A DNA stretch of 64,000 nucleotides from Methanothrix sp. (lineage in GTDB: Archaea; Halobacteriota; Methanosarcinia; Methanotrichales; Methanotrichaceae). Of the stretch, positions 19,176-28,555 are shown in pieces (within the stretch, counting starts at the first letter, position 1; the number at the start of each line of letters is the position of its first letter). The notes below the pieces were generated by a model. That model ran no database searches. It was not told the origin of the DNA and saw only the letters and a program-made list of their open reading frames with translations. Where the stretch lies: positions 1 to 64,000 of the forward strand of contig JBAXWY010000002.1 of assembly GCA_037128175.1 (NCBI GenBank), given 5' to 3'. A program made the translations under genes and the position numbers.

Positions 19176-20546
19176 CTAGACGATGGGCGTCAGGCTGATC
19201 CTGTTCCGCTCTTCCAAAAGCATATAATAGGGCTCAGTTCGGGGGATAATTCCATAGAGACACAGCCCGCCGTTCAATTCGTTGACCAGCAAATAAGTAT
19301 CCGCGGTATGAACGGCCATGTTCATGCTCTCCTGGCCGCTTTTTACCACGAGCACATTTATGTCGTTGGTCTCCTTCCAGTTGCGGATCATCAGGTTAAC
19401 TAAATTGAGCACCGCTTTGTAGCCGAAGGCAAACTCAATGGAGTCCAGGCCGATTATGTTCAGTATGGGCCGGCCCGTCCTCTCCCGCAGTGCATCCCAC
19501 TTCTCCTGCAGCTCCTTTCCCCATGCTACAGGATCCTCTCCTTCCGGCTGGGAGACAATGACGTTGGTGGGCACAAAAATGTCGCGGGTGCTGAGCTGGT
19601 AGCCGATGCTGGGCAGGATAAATACGCCTCTGCCGTTCTTAATGGCGTTCGACGCCAGGGCGGTCAGGATCTGGTAGTACCTTTTGCCCACACCGTGATC
19701 AATCTCCAGGACATTGCATGAACCGTACTTCAGACCGCCCGTCACGATATCGAGGTCAGGAATGCCAGTGGAGATGCGATCCTCTTTGGGATCGGGAACT
19801 CTCATACCATCACTGGCAATTCTGGCATCATTGTGTTCCCGGTAAGGCTCAAAGAACCTGAACCGGCCGCTATGCAATGTGACTGTGTAGGTCTTCTGGC
19901 AAATCTCCACCCCTCGCAACTTGTCCAGTTTAATCTGCCGAACATAGCGGCTCCTCATGCTTCCCTCGGCATAGCCGGGCAGGCGGAACTGCTCCATGGT
20001 CACTACTCCATCCACGATGTAGTCCAGGGGCATGACACTGGCAAATTCGGAGACAAAGATGAGATGCGTGTCCAGATCACGGGCAAATTCGCAGATATTC
20101 TGCTCGAAACTGTGTTGGGCATCGCCGATGAGGTGGGCGGTATAATTCAAGACCGCGTCCCAGCTATCGATGATAATCATGGGATTGTCCATCTCCTCTG
20201 CCTCGTCAAAGAATACCTTGAAAAAATCTAAGACGGCATAGTAGTTGGATAGATCTTTACCCACTCCCTTCAGGCTCTCCAAGAGCTTGGTCTGGGTGGC
20301 ATTTACCACATTCTTGGGGGGGACGACCTCTTCCACCCAAGGGTTAGTGGCATAAAGCCGGCGAGGATCTATGCGAGTGGATATGTACATTCCATTCCGA
20401 TCCTCGCATAAGTTATTCATGATCTCCAGAGCTAAAGTGGTCTTGCCTGTTCCAGGCAGGCCCTTGATAAGAAGCGTCTGGCCGCTTTCAACCGTGAAGA
20501 AGTCTTTGATCTCCTTTGGTATGGTCATCTGCGGGGCGTTAGGCAT
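19176..20546 (-). CDS. GvpD-like / KaiC-RecA superfamily ATPase (active plus degenerate domain)
   Basis: GLPGTGKT, IIDSWD, DYIVDGVV, LDKLRG; second domain ISTGIPDLD without Walker A. Confidence 0.8.
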   Translation of the reverse strand: MPNAPQMTIPKEIKDFFTVESGQTLLIKGLPGTGKTTLALEIMNNLCEDRNGMYISTRIDPRRLYATNPWVEEVVPPKNVVNATQTKLLESLKGVGKDLSNYYAVLDFFKVFFDEAEEMDNPMIIIDSWDAVLNYTAHLIGDAQHSFEQNICEFARDLDTHLIFVSEFASVMPLDYIVDGVVTMEQFRLPGYAEGSMRSRYVRQIKLDKLRGVEICQKTYTVTLHSGRFRFFEPYREHNDARIASDGMRVPDPKEDRISTGIPDLDIVTGGLKYGSCNVLEIDHGVGKRYYQILTALASNAIKNGRGVFILPSIGYQLSTRDIFVPTNVIVSQPEGEDPVAWGKELQEKWDALRERTGRPILNIIGLDSIEFAFGYKAVLNLVNLMIRNWKETNDINVLVVKSGQESMNMAVHTADTYLLVNELNGGLCLYGIIPRTEPYYMLLEERNRISLTPIV

Positions 20547-20550
20547 GTAG

Positions 20551-20937
20551 TTATTCCTCTATTAATATATCATTAGCCTTGCACATGCATTTGTTGGCAC
20601 GCTTCAAGAGTGCACATATCCGATCCGGATCAACCCGAAATGAAAAGTTAACGGTATTGTCTTCGCCATTGCAAAAATCAATATCTACCATTGGCTCTGC
20701 CTCTACATTCAGAGTCTGCGCTCCCTCTTCCCTATACTTTGTGCCGGTTCTTTTATTTCTCCAGAGCTTGGACGGGCCTACCTCCACGAATTCAACCTGG
20801 CCCTCGGAGCTGAGCACGGAGAGGTACTTGATCACCGTGGTCTTGCTGACCCCTGCTTTCTTGGCCACATCTACCGTGGTAAGACCTACCTCGGCGTCCC
20901 CAATGACTTCCAGGATCTTTTCTTTGTATGAGGCCAT
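20551..20937 (-). CDS. Winged-HTH transcriptional regulator
   Basis: LTTVDVAKKAGVSKTTVIKYL..L...G.V...VG..KLW. Confidence 0.82.
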   Translation of the reverse strand: MASYKEKILEVIGDAEVGLTTVDVAKKAGVSKTTVIKYLSVLSSEGQVEFVEVGPSKLWRNKRTGTKYREEGAQTLNVEAEPMVDIDFCNGEDNTVNFSFRVDPDRICALLKRANKCMCKANDILIEE

Positions 20938-21085
20938 TTTAGTGCCACCATTCGCTTGGTAAGACTGATATCGCAAAGCGTAATCTTGTAAGAGTGATTT
21001 CCTTATTTGACCTACTCATATTTCAATTTTTCATATTGATTTTTGCGAGGGCAGTCATGTCAGATTTAAGACCGGAAAAAAATAA

Positions 21086-21754
21086 ATGCTTGATCTGTCT
21101 TCTAGGACAGCAGCAGGGGCAATATGGCTGAAGAAGGCAATAGCTAGCAAACTAGGCTACGAAGAACCCTGGCCGCCTGTGCGCGGCGACTATCAGGTAG
21201 GTAGCCCAAATGCCGGTGTGGCGGTGGTGACCTTAGCCAGTTCGCTCTTCCCAAAGGGCGCTGCCATCTTTGGCCCGTGCAAGACTGAGAATCTGGGTGT
21301 AGAGAAGATCGTGGCCAATGTGATATCCAATTGCAATATCCGGTTCCTTATCCTCTGCGGTGTGGAGTCGAAAGGCCATCTGCCCGGCAATACCATTCTA
21401 GCCCTGCACAAAAACGGCATAGATGAGCAGGGCCGGATAATCGGTTCGAACGGTGCCATACCCTTCATCCAGAATCTGCCGCCCGAAGCCATCGCGCGCT
21501 TCCAGCAGCAAGTGGTGCCCATTGACTGCATCGGCCTGGAAGACATTGTGCAGATCGAAGAGCTGATCTCCAGATATGGCCTCCTTTGTGAGCCCTATCC
21601 TGAGCCGCCCTTCCCGGTAATAAAAAGGAAGACGGCATTGCCAACGGTTGCCTTTGGGAAGGGAGATCTGTTCTTTGGTGCGGGAGTGTTCATGGATACG
21701 GCCGCCTGGCTTGTCAAGGAAGAGGACAATGCAGAGGCTAATGCGGAGGGATGA
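21086..21754 (+). CDS. mtxA: Soluble MtrA-like corrinoid protein
   Basis: WPPVRGDY.VG.P, KTENLGVEK.VAN.ISN.NIRF, ESKGH (Co ligand His), GAIPFI; no C-terminal TM anchor. Confidence 0.85.
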   Translation: MLDLSSRTAAGAIWLKKAIASKLGYEEPWPPVRGDYQVGSPNAGVAVVTLASSLFPKGAAIFGPCKTENLGVEKIVANVISNCNIRFLILCGVESKGHLPGNTILALHKNGIDEQGRIIGSNGAIPFIQNLPPEAIARFQQQVVPIDCIGLEDIVQIEELISRYGLLCEPYPEPPFPVIKRKTALPTVAFGKGDLFFGAGVFMDTAAWLVKEEDNAEANAEG

Positions 21755-21757
21755 CAA

Positions 21758-22681
21758 TTGTTTCGATTCAGCAGAGAGCAGTCCATAGTGAATGTGGGGG
21801 GTGTGAAGTTCGGCGGGCAATGCGGCCAATTGCCTTCGGTTCTATGCGGCACCATCTTCTATCACGGGCACAAAATAGTAGAGGATGAAGAGAAAGGCCT
21901 CTTCGATAGGACGGCCGCCGAGCGGCTGATATCTCGTCAGGCTGAGCTGTCTGAGGAGACGGGATGCCCTTCTGTCCTGCATCTTTACGCCCGTAGCGCT
22001 CCGGCTTTTGAAAGGTACCTCGAATTTGCAGAAGGGGTCTGGAGCGGCCCCTTCATCATCGATTCCGCGGATGCAGCCACGCGAAGCAAAGCTGCGCTGC
22101 TGGTCTCGGAACTGGGCTATGCCGACCGGGCCATCTACAACAGCATCAGCCTGGCTACGGAGGAGAAGGAGGCGCAGGCGCTGCTGAACAGCGAGATCGA
22201 CTCGGCCATCATCCTGGCCTACAATCCGGCAGAGCCGGGCGTGGACGGCTCACTGGCCATCCTGGAGACGGGTGGGACGGTGCGTGAGAACGGGCTGCTG
22301 GCCAGCGCAAGGGAAATGGGACTGGTCAATCTGCTCATCGATCCGGCGGTGTTGCCGCTGGGCAGTGGAGCCGGGTCGGCTCTGCGTTTTTCCGTGGCGG
22401 CCAAAGCGCGGCTAGGCCTGCCCGTGGGCTCTGGCATTCACAATGCCATCTCCTCCTGGCCCTGGCTCTCCCAAAAGGAGACGAGTGTCCGAAAGGGCTG
22501 CGATGCGGCGGCAGGGGCCATGCAGCTCCTCGCTGGAGCGGACTTTCTGCTTTACGGCCCCATCGAGAGCGCCGATATCATCTTTCCTGCGGCGGCCATG
22601 GCCGACATCCTCATTGCCGAAGCTTTACGCGACCTGGAGACGACACCGGGAGAGGCGCATCCTCTGCACCGATTGGTTTAG
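21758..22681 (+). CDS. mtxH: MtrH-like methyltransferase
   Basis: MFRF.REQ, GGQ.G.LP.VL.GTIFY, IYNSI, GSGIHN, GADFLLYGPIE, HPL..LV. Confidence 0.87.
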   Translation: MFRFSREQSIVNVGGVKFGGQCGQLPSVLCGTIFYHGHKIVEDEEKGLFDRTAAERLISRQAELSEETGCPSVLHLYARSAPAFERYLEFAEGVWSGPFIIDSADAATRSKAALLVSELGYADRAIYNSISLATEEKEAQALLNSEIDSAIILAYNPAEPGVDGSLAILETGGTVRENGLLASAREMGLVNLLIDPAVLPLGSGAGSALRFSVAAKARLGLPVGSGIHNAISSWPWLSQKETSVRKGCDAAAGAMQLLAGADFLLYGPIESADIIFPAAAMADILIAEALRDLETTPGEAHPLHRLV

Positions 22682-22748
22682 AACAGCGCGGCCTAATTAA
22701 ATCCATGATTGTGAGAGGATAACGTGCCTTTGTGAACGGCTGATTGTT

Positions 22749-22803
22749 CTTCGCGACTTCGCGTGAGATTCAACCACGGTCCGGTTTCACGCGGAGGCGC
22801 GAA
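22749..22803. repeat. Hairpin repeat copy A (cttcgcg...cacgcg family)
   Basis: Imperfect palindrome; direct repeat with 27249-27302. Confidence 0.75.
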
Positions 22804-22890
22804 TTTAAAACATTGGTTTATTTCGGCCTCGCTGTACTCGCTGCATGTGAGTCGTTTTTTCCCAATTCACCAAGCGTGACGCCATGAAGT

Positions 22891-25179
22891 TCACGATGTA
22901 TAAATAAAATGTATTGATGATTCAGCGAGTTTAGTATGAGGGTAGTCGCTATTATCCCATATAAAGACATCAACTATTAGATTATTTTGCATCTTTAATA
23001 ATAAATGAAGTTGGCTGTACGGAATAAAAAGTTTGAAATCGTTATATTCCGTCTTACGATAAATAGGTGTAAAACTCTCGAATGAAGATACTTGTCCATC
23101 CGGCGATGCATAGTTGCCATCAGTATCAAGGATTTCAGCGTTATTACCAAAAGAGAAGTATGCCTGAACAGATCCTGTTTCATAGGCAAAATTATCTATG
23201 TAGAACTTAGTATGGATGATCATGCCAAAATTATCTCCTTGCCATACATTATGTTCTACATAAATACTACCAATTTTTGCTGAGGGTATGGTTGTGACTG
23301 GATTTGTTTCGGTTGGAGAAATAATCTTTGAAGGCAACCATTTTTCTTCTGTGCTGGTGGAAGGAAGTGCAGTTATCTTGTAATTAACATTCATGTTATC
23401 GTCAAAGCTATTCGGATCTGCATGGAAACCATCTCTTATTTTCACTTCTATTTGATTGACTCCAGCATCAGCATCTTCAGCAGACCATGGCCAAGTATTC
23501 TCAGTCGACCATCCGGTCATTGCTTTGCCGTTTAGGTAGAATTTATAGCTAATAGGATTGTTCTCTGTATCCTTAGCAACTACAGTCCAAGTAATCAAGG
23601 CCCCTATTTTTTGCGGACTGTCCTTGTCAGGTACAAGGCTATTGATTACAGGAGGCAGATTTTCTGGCGCCGCAGGCTTTGATTCAACTATAGTGAAGCT
23701 AGCTACCTTATTGCTATCGAAGCCATTTGGACCTACGTGTTTTCCATCCCTTACTTGAACTTCGATTTGGTTTTCACCAATTTCATCTGATGTGGTGGCC
23801 CAAGACCAACTACTAGCCGAACTCCAATCGGAAACGGTCTTGCCCCTGAGCAGGAATCTATAAACAAGCGAATCGCTCTCAGGATCAGATGCCTCTGCAG
23901 TCCAGGTCACTATAGTTTCTGTATCTTGTGGACCGGATTTATCCGATACCATGCTAACTATAACTGGTGGTTGGTTTTCCAGGACGGTAGGTTTCTGCTC
24001 GGCCTCAGTTATAGTGAAGCTAGCCACCTTATTGCTATCGAAGCCATTTGGGCCTGCGTGTTTTCCATCTCTTACATAAACTTCGATTTTATTATCATCT
24101 GTATCAGCTTCAGTAGTTGTCCAAACCCATGAATTATCGTTTATCCATTTGGTTACAGTATAGCCATTCAGGAAGAAGCGATAGAAGATCCGATCGTTGT
24201 CTGGGTCCATGGCCTTAGCTGTCCATGTCACGACTGACCCTACTTTTTGGGGGCTATTTTTGTCTGGAGCCAAGCTTATTAGCCTAGGTGGCTTATCGGG
24301 AGTTTCAGGCATCCTTACAGGAATTAGTTTGTACTGATCTCTGATGCGAAGGACGTCATGTCTCTCTCCCTGAAACAAAGGCCCCCCAGGATGAGCATTG
24401 CCTTTTTCATCCGGTCCCCAGTCTAGGTTGAGCCAGACTTCTTTTGTATCTGTGTCTACATGACCATAAATTTTGCCCGTATCAGACTCCTGTTGCAGCC
24501 ATTCCATGATCGCTTCTACCTGACAATTTGGATCATTTATCCGGCCTAAGTAGACTTCAGTATAAGCATGTCCGCCTTTGCTATTATTATTTGCCAGAAT
24601 AATTCTCGTGGCCCCACCGATGGATTCAACGAATGCTGCCATGAGGATTGCAAAATCATCACAATCCCCTAAGCCAACGCACTTTGCCCTATCACCTATT
24701 TTCATTGACGCATTGGCATAGTTCCAAGAATCTATACCTCTTGGATCTCGCACATATCTCCAGCCATTCTTTGTTTGGTTGCCATATTTCATATAAATAT
24801 ATATCTCATTGATCTGATCGATCCCGAGATCGCCTGGATACTTGGATGCCAGCATGACTGCATCCTCGCGTATGCTAATATAATCTGGCTCTACCTTCTT
24901 ATTCAGCTCATCTTTTAGGTCTTTTACTCCCTTTTCTAATTTACCTTCGGGGGTGCTTCCGCCACCTGTTACAGGGATTTCCAAGACCTCACTATCCGAT
25001 GGCGAAATAACTGGAGGCACACCAACTAGATCTGGAGAAGAAGAGCTAGCTTCTTGCAGTTGATCAGAAGAATAGTCAGTCAAATTCGAATTGTCTTCAC
25101 CAAATACAAATGGCACATCTGAGGCTAATCCTGACCCGCAAAGAGTGATTAAACATAGCCAGAAAAGTCGAGGCGACAT
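22891..25179 (-). CDS. Secreted transglutaminase-like (Cys-His-Asp) protein with three tandem Ig-like repeats
   Basis: Signal peptide; GDCDDFAIL, GHAY.E, W.NLD; three ~105-aa repeats PP.I.SL..DK..PQ..G..VTWT..A.D...Y.F.L.G...W.W...IEV.VRDG.H. Confidence 0.85.
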   Translation of the reverse strand: MSPRLFWLCLITLCGSGLASDVPFVFGEDNSNLTDYSSDQLQEASSSSPDLVGVPPVISPSDSEVLEIPVTGGGSTPEGKLEKGVKDLKDELNKKVEPDYISIREDAVMLASKYPGDLGIDQINEIYIYMKYGNQTKNGWRYVRDPRGIDSWNYANASMKIGDRAKCVGLGDCDDFAILMAAFVESIGGATRIILANNNSKGGHAYTEVYLGRINDPNCQVEAIMEWLQQESDTGKIYGHVDTDTKEVWLNLDWGPDEKGNAHPGGPLFQGERHDVLRIRDQYKLIPVRMPETPDKPPRLISLAPDKNSPQKVGSVVTWTAKAMDPDNDRIFYRFFLNGYTVTKWINDNSWVWTTTEADTDDNKIEVYVRDGKHAGPNGFDSNKVASFTITEAEQKPTVLENQPPVIVSMVSDKSGPQDTETIVTWTAEASDPESDSLVYRFLLRGKTVSDWSSASSWSWATTSDEIGENQIEVQVRDGKHVGPNGFDSNKVASFTIVESKPAAPENLPPVINSLVPDKDSPQKIGALITWTVVAKDTENNPISYKFYLNGKAMTGWSTENTWPWSAEDADAGVNQIEVKIRDGFHADPNSFDDNMNVNYKITALPSTSTEEKWLPSKIISPTETNPVTTIPSAKIGSIYVEHNVWQGDNFGMIIHTKFYIDNFAYETGSVQAYFSFGNNAEILDTDGNYASPDGQVSSFESFTPIYRKTEYNDFKLFIPYSQLHLLLKMQNNLIVDVFIWDNSDYPHTKLAESSIHFIYTS
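23689..24087. repeat. Intragenic near-identical direct repeat (offset 321 bp)
   Basis: tatagtgaagctag.caccttattgctatcgaagccatttgg... at 23689 and 24010. Confidence 0.85.
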
Positions 25180-25283
25180 GGCGATCCTACATATGTTATC
25201 TATTAACTACTATAAGTACTTTTAAGTAAGACTGTATACTCAGAATTAATCCTATATCGATATATGTCTTCATTTTATACGCC

Positions 25284-25757
25284 TTATACTCCTGATTTGG
25301 GACTTTGTTCGCCGGGAGGTGATTTGCCCAGTAGATATCCCACAATTGTCCCCAGCAAGCCGAACATAGGCGCGATTTGTTGGTCAGAATATCCAGCTGT
25401 TATGAGGAACAATCCCGCGGTGACAATCAGCGAGATGGTAAATACACGAGTTGATTCTTGGTCCCAACCGGTATTTTTTCTAAGAGCAAGTATCACTGTG
25501 AATACGACAAGAATCAGTCCAAAAACTAGTACCCCTAGGCTGAGGTATATTTCTGTCATCGACCTGGGTTTTATGACCAGCTCGCTTGGGATATTTTCGC
25601 TAGAAATATTACGTTCTATATCTTCGAGTTTAACATCGAAAGCCGGATTCCCTACTGCTTCTGATTCAGTATATTTTGCAGGCTGCATATCTCCTACTGC
25701 AGAATATATGAGCAATACAGCAAATATTATAGAAATACGCGTCCTCCCTGTCCTCAA
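25284..25757 (-). CDS. Hypothetical membrane protein (signal plus ~3 TM)
   Basis: Hydrophobic segments ending in GLLGTIVGYLLG; overlaps the TPR gene stop. Confidence 0.7.
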   Translation of the reverse strand: MRTGRTRISIIFAVLLIYSAVGDMQPAKYTESEAVGNPAFDVKLEDIERNISSENIPSELVIKPRSMTEIYLSLGVLVFGLILVVFTVILALRKNTGWDQESTRVFTISLIVTAGLFLITAGYSDQQIAPMFGLLGTIVGYLLGKSPPGEQSPKSGV

Positions 25758-26443
25758 AAATGTTCCTCCTGCATAGCTTCATTTTTGTAACCAATTGCTT
25801 GGAGTGCAGTTTCTTTGCTTTTCAATGCTTTCGCATAATGAGGATCAATATAGAGGGCCTTGTCGAATGCTTTTATGGCCTCTTGGTATTTTTCTAATCT
25901 ACATAGAGCCATGCCTTTATTGCACCAAGAACCAGAAAAGTTCGGATTAATCTGGATTGCCTGGTCGTAACATGCTATAGCTTTTGCATAATTCCCGTTA
26001 TCGTAATTAGTATTACCTTCATTAAACCAATCATCTGAGCTTGAGGGAGGAACAACAGGGGGTAATATCGTAGGATATTTAGGCGGTAATTCGGTCTCGA
26101 ATATTTCGGGCGAGAAGTTGGTCGTATTAGCCATAGATGATTGATTAAGTGTAACCAACCCTGACGAAATCCTCTGCCATCTTGTGGTCTTGTTATCACG
26201 GATTGAATTATTAATTGAATCATTTGTAACTAATGAAACCTCGATCATATCATCATTACCTGGTGAGGAGACTGGCGGAACTCCTGCAAGGTCGTGAGAC
26301 AAGGCACTGGCCTTCTCCAGCTGATTAGAATCATATCTAGCTAAATCTGAGGTGTTTTCATCAAAGACGAAAGGCAAGTCTATGGCCATTCCTGATTCTG
26401 CTAAAAGGATTGCAGAGAGCAAGCAAAGATACGAGTGGGGCAT
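25754..26443 (-). CDS. Secreted TPR-repeat protein
   Basis: Signal peptide; WFNEGN...GNYAKAIACYDQAIQINP, WCNKGMALCRLEKYQEAIKAFDKALYIDP. Confidence 0.85.
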   Translation of the reverse strand: MPHSYLCLLSAILLAESGMAIDLPFVFDENTSDLARYDSNQLEKASALSHDLAGVPPVSSPGNDDMIEVSLVTNDSINNSIRDNKTTRWQRISSGLVTLNQSSMANTTNFSPEIFETELPPKYPTILPPVVPPSSSDDWFNEGNTNYDNGNYAKAIACYDQAIQINPNFSGSWCNKGMALCRLEKYQEAIKAFDKALYIDPHYAKALKSKETALQAIGYKNEAMQEEHF

Positions 26444-27248
26444 AGTTCAAACGGATCTCGGGTCATGACTATTAATAAGTTTTGATAGAACCGCTTGTGC
26501 AGCTACAAGGATTGGCTGGTGACTGGGGTGCCCCCCTGGAGTGGACAATGAGTTAAGGTGTTGACGGAAGATAATTTGCATATTTCTGGAGGCATGCTTG
26601 AAATTCCCTTGTTTGAAGATAACGATTTCGGGATATGCTCGCCAAAATTTGAGTATTTTATTTCCTGTCAACGACTAAGTAGTAACGATTTTAGAATATC
26701 GCGACTGACACGTACTGCAATATACAAACAACTTGACCACCAATAGCCCAACATAAAATTTTATAAATACTAATTTGACCTCGTAAGGTCTTATGTTCCG
26801 CGGTGGAGTCTACAGCGCTTTTTTTTGTTTTGCCGGTGCGGGTTCAATCGATATCATGCAATTGTCGAAAATTCATTCCGTAAAGTCTGGACTGGTTAGA
26901 AAGACAAAAGTGATTTAAATCTTATCTGAAAAAAAAAAATTTGAAAAGGATGAAACCTTTGCAGGTTATACATACTCATGAGAGGTCATCACACCATGCG
27001 GCGGAGGATCGATGCCACCAGTAATCCAGAGAGAGCGTTGGGATAAGAAGCCGCAAAACCCGCAGGGCGTTTTCATCGCACTGCCCCGGTCTTGACCCCA
27101 GGCCAGGCATCTTCGTCCATCCTCTGCCCGCGAGGCGCGTGTGCTTGGCCACCGTCCGGGCTGATCAGGGCTGCAGCCATTGAATCATCACAGAAGTCAA
27201 ACCCAGATCCTGCTTGAGGGCGGCAATCATGGTTGCCAGGCTTCGCGC

Positions 27249-27302
27249 CTTCGCGGCTTCGCATGAGATTCGACCGGGTCCGTTTTCACGCGAAGTCACG
27301 AT
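27249..27302. repeat. Hairpin repeat copy B
   Basis: cttcgcggcttcgcatgagattcgacc...gtcc..tttcacgcg aligns with copy A at 22749. Confidence 0.75.
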
Positions 27303-27386
27303 GAGAGAAGGACATCTCTTGCACGAAATTCTGGAACGTAAGTTGCAGGAAAAGAGTTTATTGCCAAGAGCCCAGAGCCAATAGCC

Positions 27387-28553
27387 ATGTACCTGTCCCG
27401 TGAGGAAGAAGGCATTTATCAGGGCGATCAAGGCGAGACCCTGCGCCGCATGATGGAGATCCTGGTGGCGCTGGGCGACATTTACGGCGCAGAGAATCTC
27501 GTGCCGGTAAGGTCGGTGCAGATAGCTGGAGTATCCTACAAGAACATCGGCGAAGCGGGCCTGGAGTGGATCTCCGATCTGCAAGGCCAGGTGGTGGTGC
27601 CCAGCATCCTCAACCCGGCGGGCATGGACCTGTGCCGCTGGCAGGAGATGGGCATTGAGGAAGAATTTGCCGTCAAGCAGAAAGAGACCATCGAAGCCTA
27701 CCGCCGCCTGGGTGTCACCATCGACTGCACCTGCACTCCTTATCAGATCTACGACCTCGCCGCCAAAGGCGATCACCTGGCCTGGAGCGAGTCCTCCGCC
27801 GTCTCCTATGCCAACTCGGTCATTGGTGCCCGCACCAACCGCGAGGGAGGGCCGTCTGCCCTGGCGGCGGCGCTGGTGGGAAAGACGGCTCTTTACGGCT
27901 ACCATCTGGACGAGAACCGACTGCCCACCCTTCTGGTGGAGGTTGACGCGATTCTGCGGGGATCGGACTACGGGGCACTGGGATTTTTGGTGGGCAGAAT
28001 CGTCAAGGACGGCGTGCCCTTTTTCCGGCTCCGGGGTGTGCCCACCCAAGACAAGCTCAAGGCCCTGGGCGCGGCCATGGCCGCCAGCGGCTCCGTGGCC
28101 CTTTACTACGTTGAGGATGTCACGCCTGCGCCACCCGTCCCCTGGCAGGCGGAGGAGACGATCTGTATCGGCAGAAAGGAGATCGATGAGGTCTATGCCA
28201 AATATCCAGGGGACGGCGCGGATGTGGTGGCCCTGGGCTGCCCCCACTGCTCGGCGACGGAGCTGGAGAAGATTGCCCGGCTTTTGCAAGGCCAGAAGGT
28301 GCAAAAGGAGCTGTGGGTCTGCACAGCCCGCAAAATCGCAGATGCGCATCCTCATCTGGTGGCGGCCATTGAGGAGAGCGGGGCGCGGATCTATTGCGAC
28401 ACCTGCATGGTCGTCTCCCCGGCCACGGAACGCTTTGGTAAGATGATGGTCAATTCCGGCAAGGCGCTGGTCTATCTGCCCGGCCTGGCCGGCGTTCAAG
28501 CTGGTCTTGGATGTCTGGAAGAGTGCATTGATGTAGCTCTGGGGAGGCGGTAA
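27387..28553 (+). CDS. Aconitase X catalytic subunit (probable phosphomevalonate dehydratase large subunit)
   Basis: GVSYKNIG..G, LNPAGMD, CTCTPY, WSESSAV.YANSV.GARTNREGGP, LGCPH, DTCMVVSP, NSGKA. Confidence 0.9.
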   Translation: MYLSREEEGIYQGDQGETLRRMMEILVALGDIYGAENLVPVRSVQIAGVSYKNIGEAGLEWISDLQGQVVVPSILNPAGMDLCRWQEMGIEEEFAVKQKETIEAYRRLGVTIDCTCTPYQIYDLAAKGDHLAWSESSAVSYANSVIGARTNREGGPSALAAALVGKTALYGYHLDENRLPTLLVEVDAILRGSDYGALGFLVGRIVKDGVPFFRLRGVPTQDKLKALGAAMAASGSVALYYVEDVTPAPPVPWQAEETICIGRKEIDEVYAKYPGDGADVVALGCPHCSATELEKIARLLQGQKVQKELWVCTARKIADAHPHLVAAIEESGARIYCDTCMVVSPATERFGKMMVNSGKALVYLPGLAGVQAGLGCLEECIDVALGRR

Positions 28554-28555
28554 AT

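Noticed and set aside
19176-20546. Gas vesicle or circadian clock system
   Set aside because: No gvpA or other structural genes and no kaiA/kaiB in the window
21086-22681. Membrane-bound Mtr complex
   Set aside because: No mtrB-G and no TM anchor on the MtrA homolog
26447-27240. Long intergenic stretch as ncRNA or gene
   Set aside because: Short ORFs lack motifs and no convincing structure was recognised
27165-28499. 444-aa minus-strand ORF
   Set aside because: Antisense shadow of the AcnX large subunit
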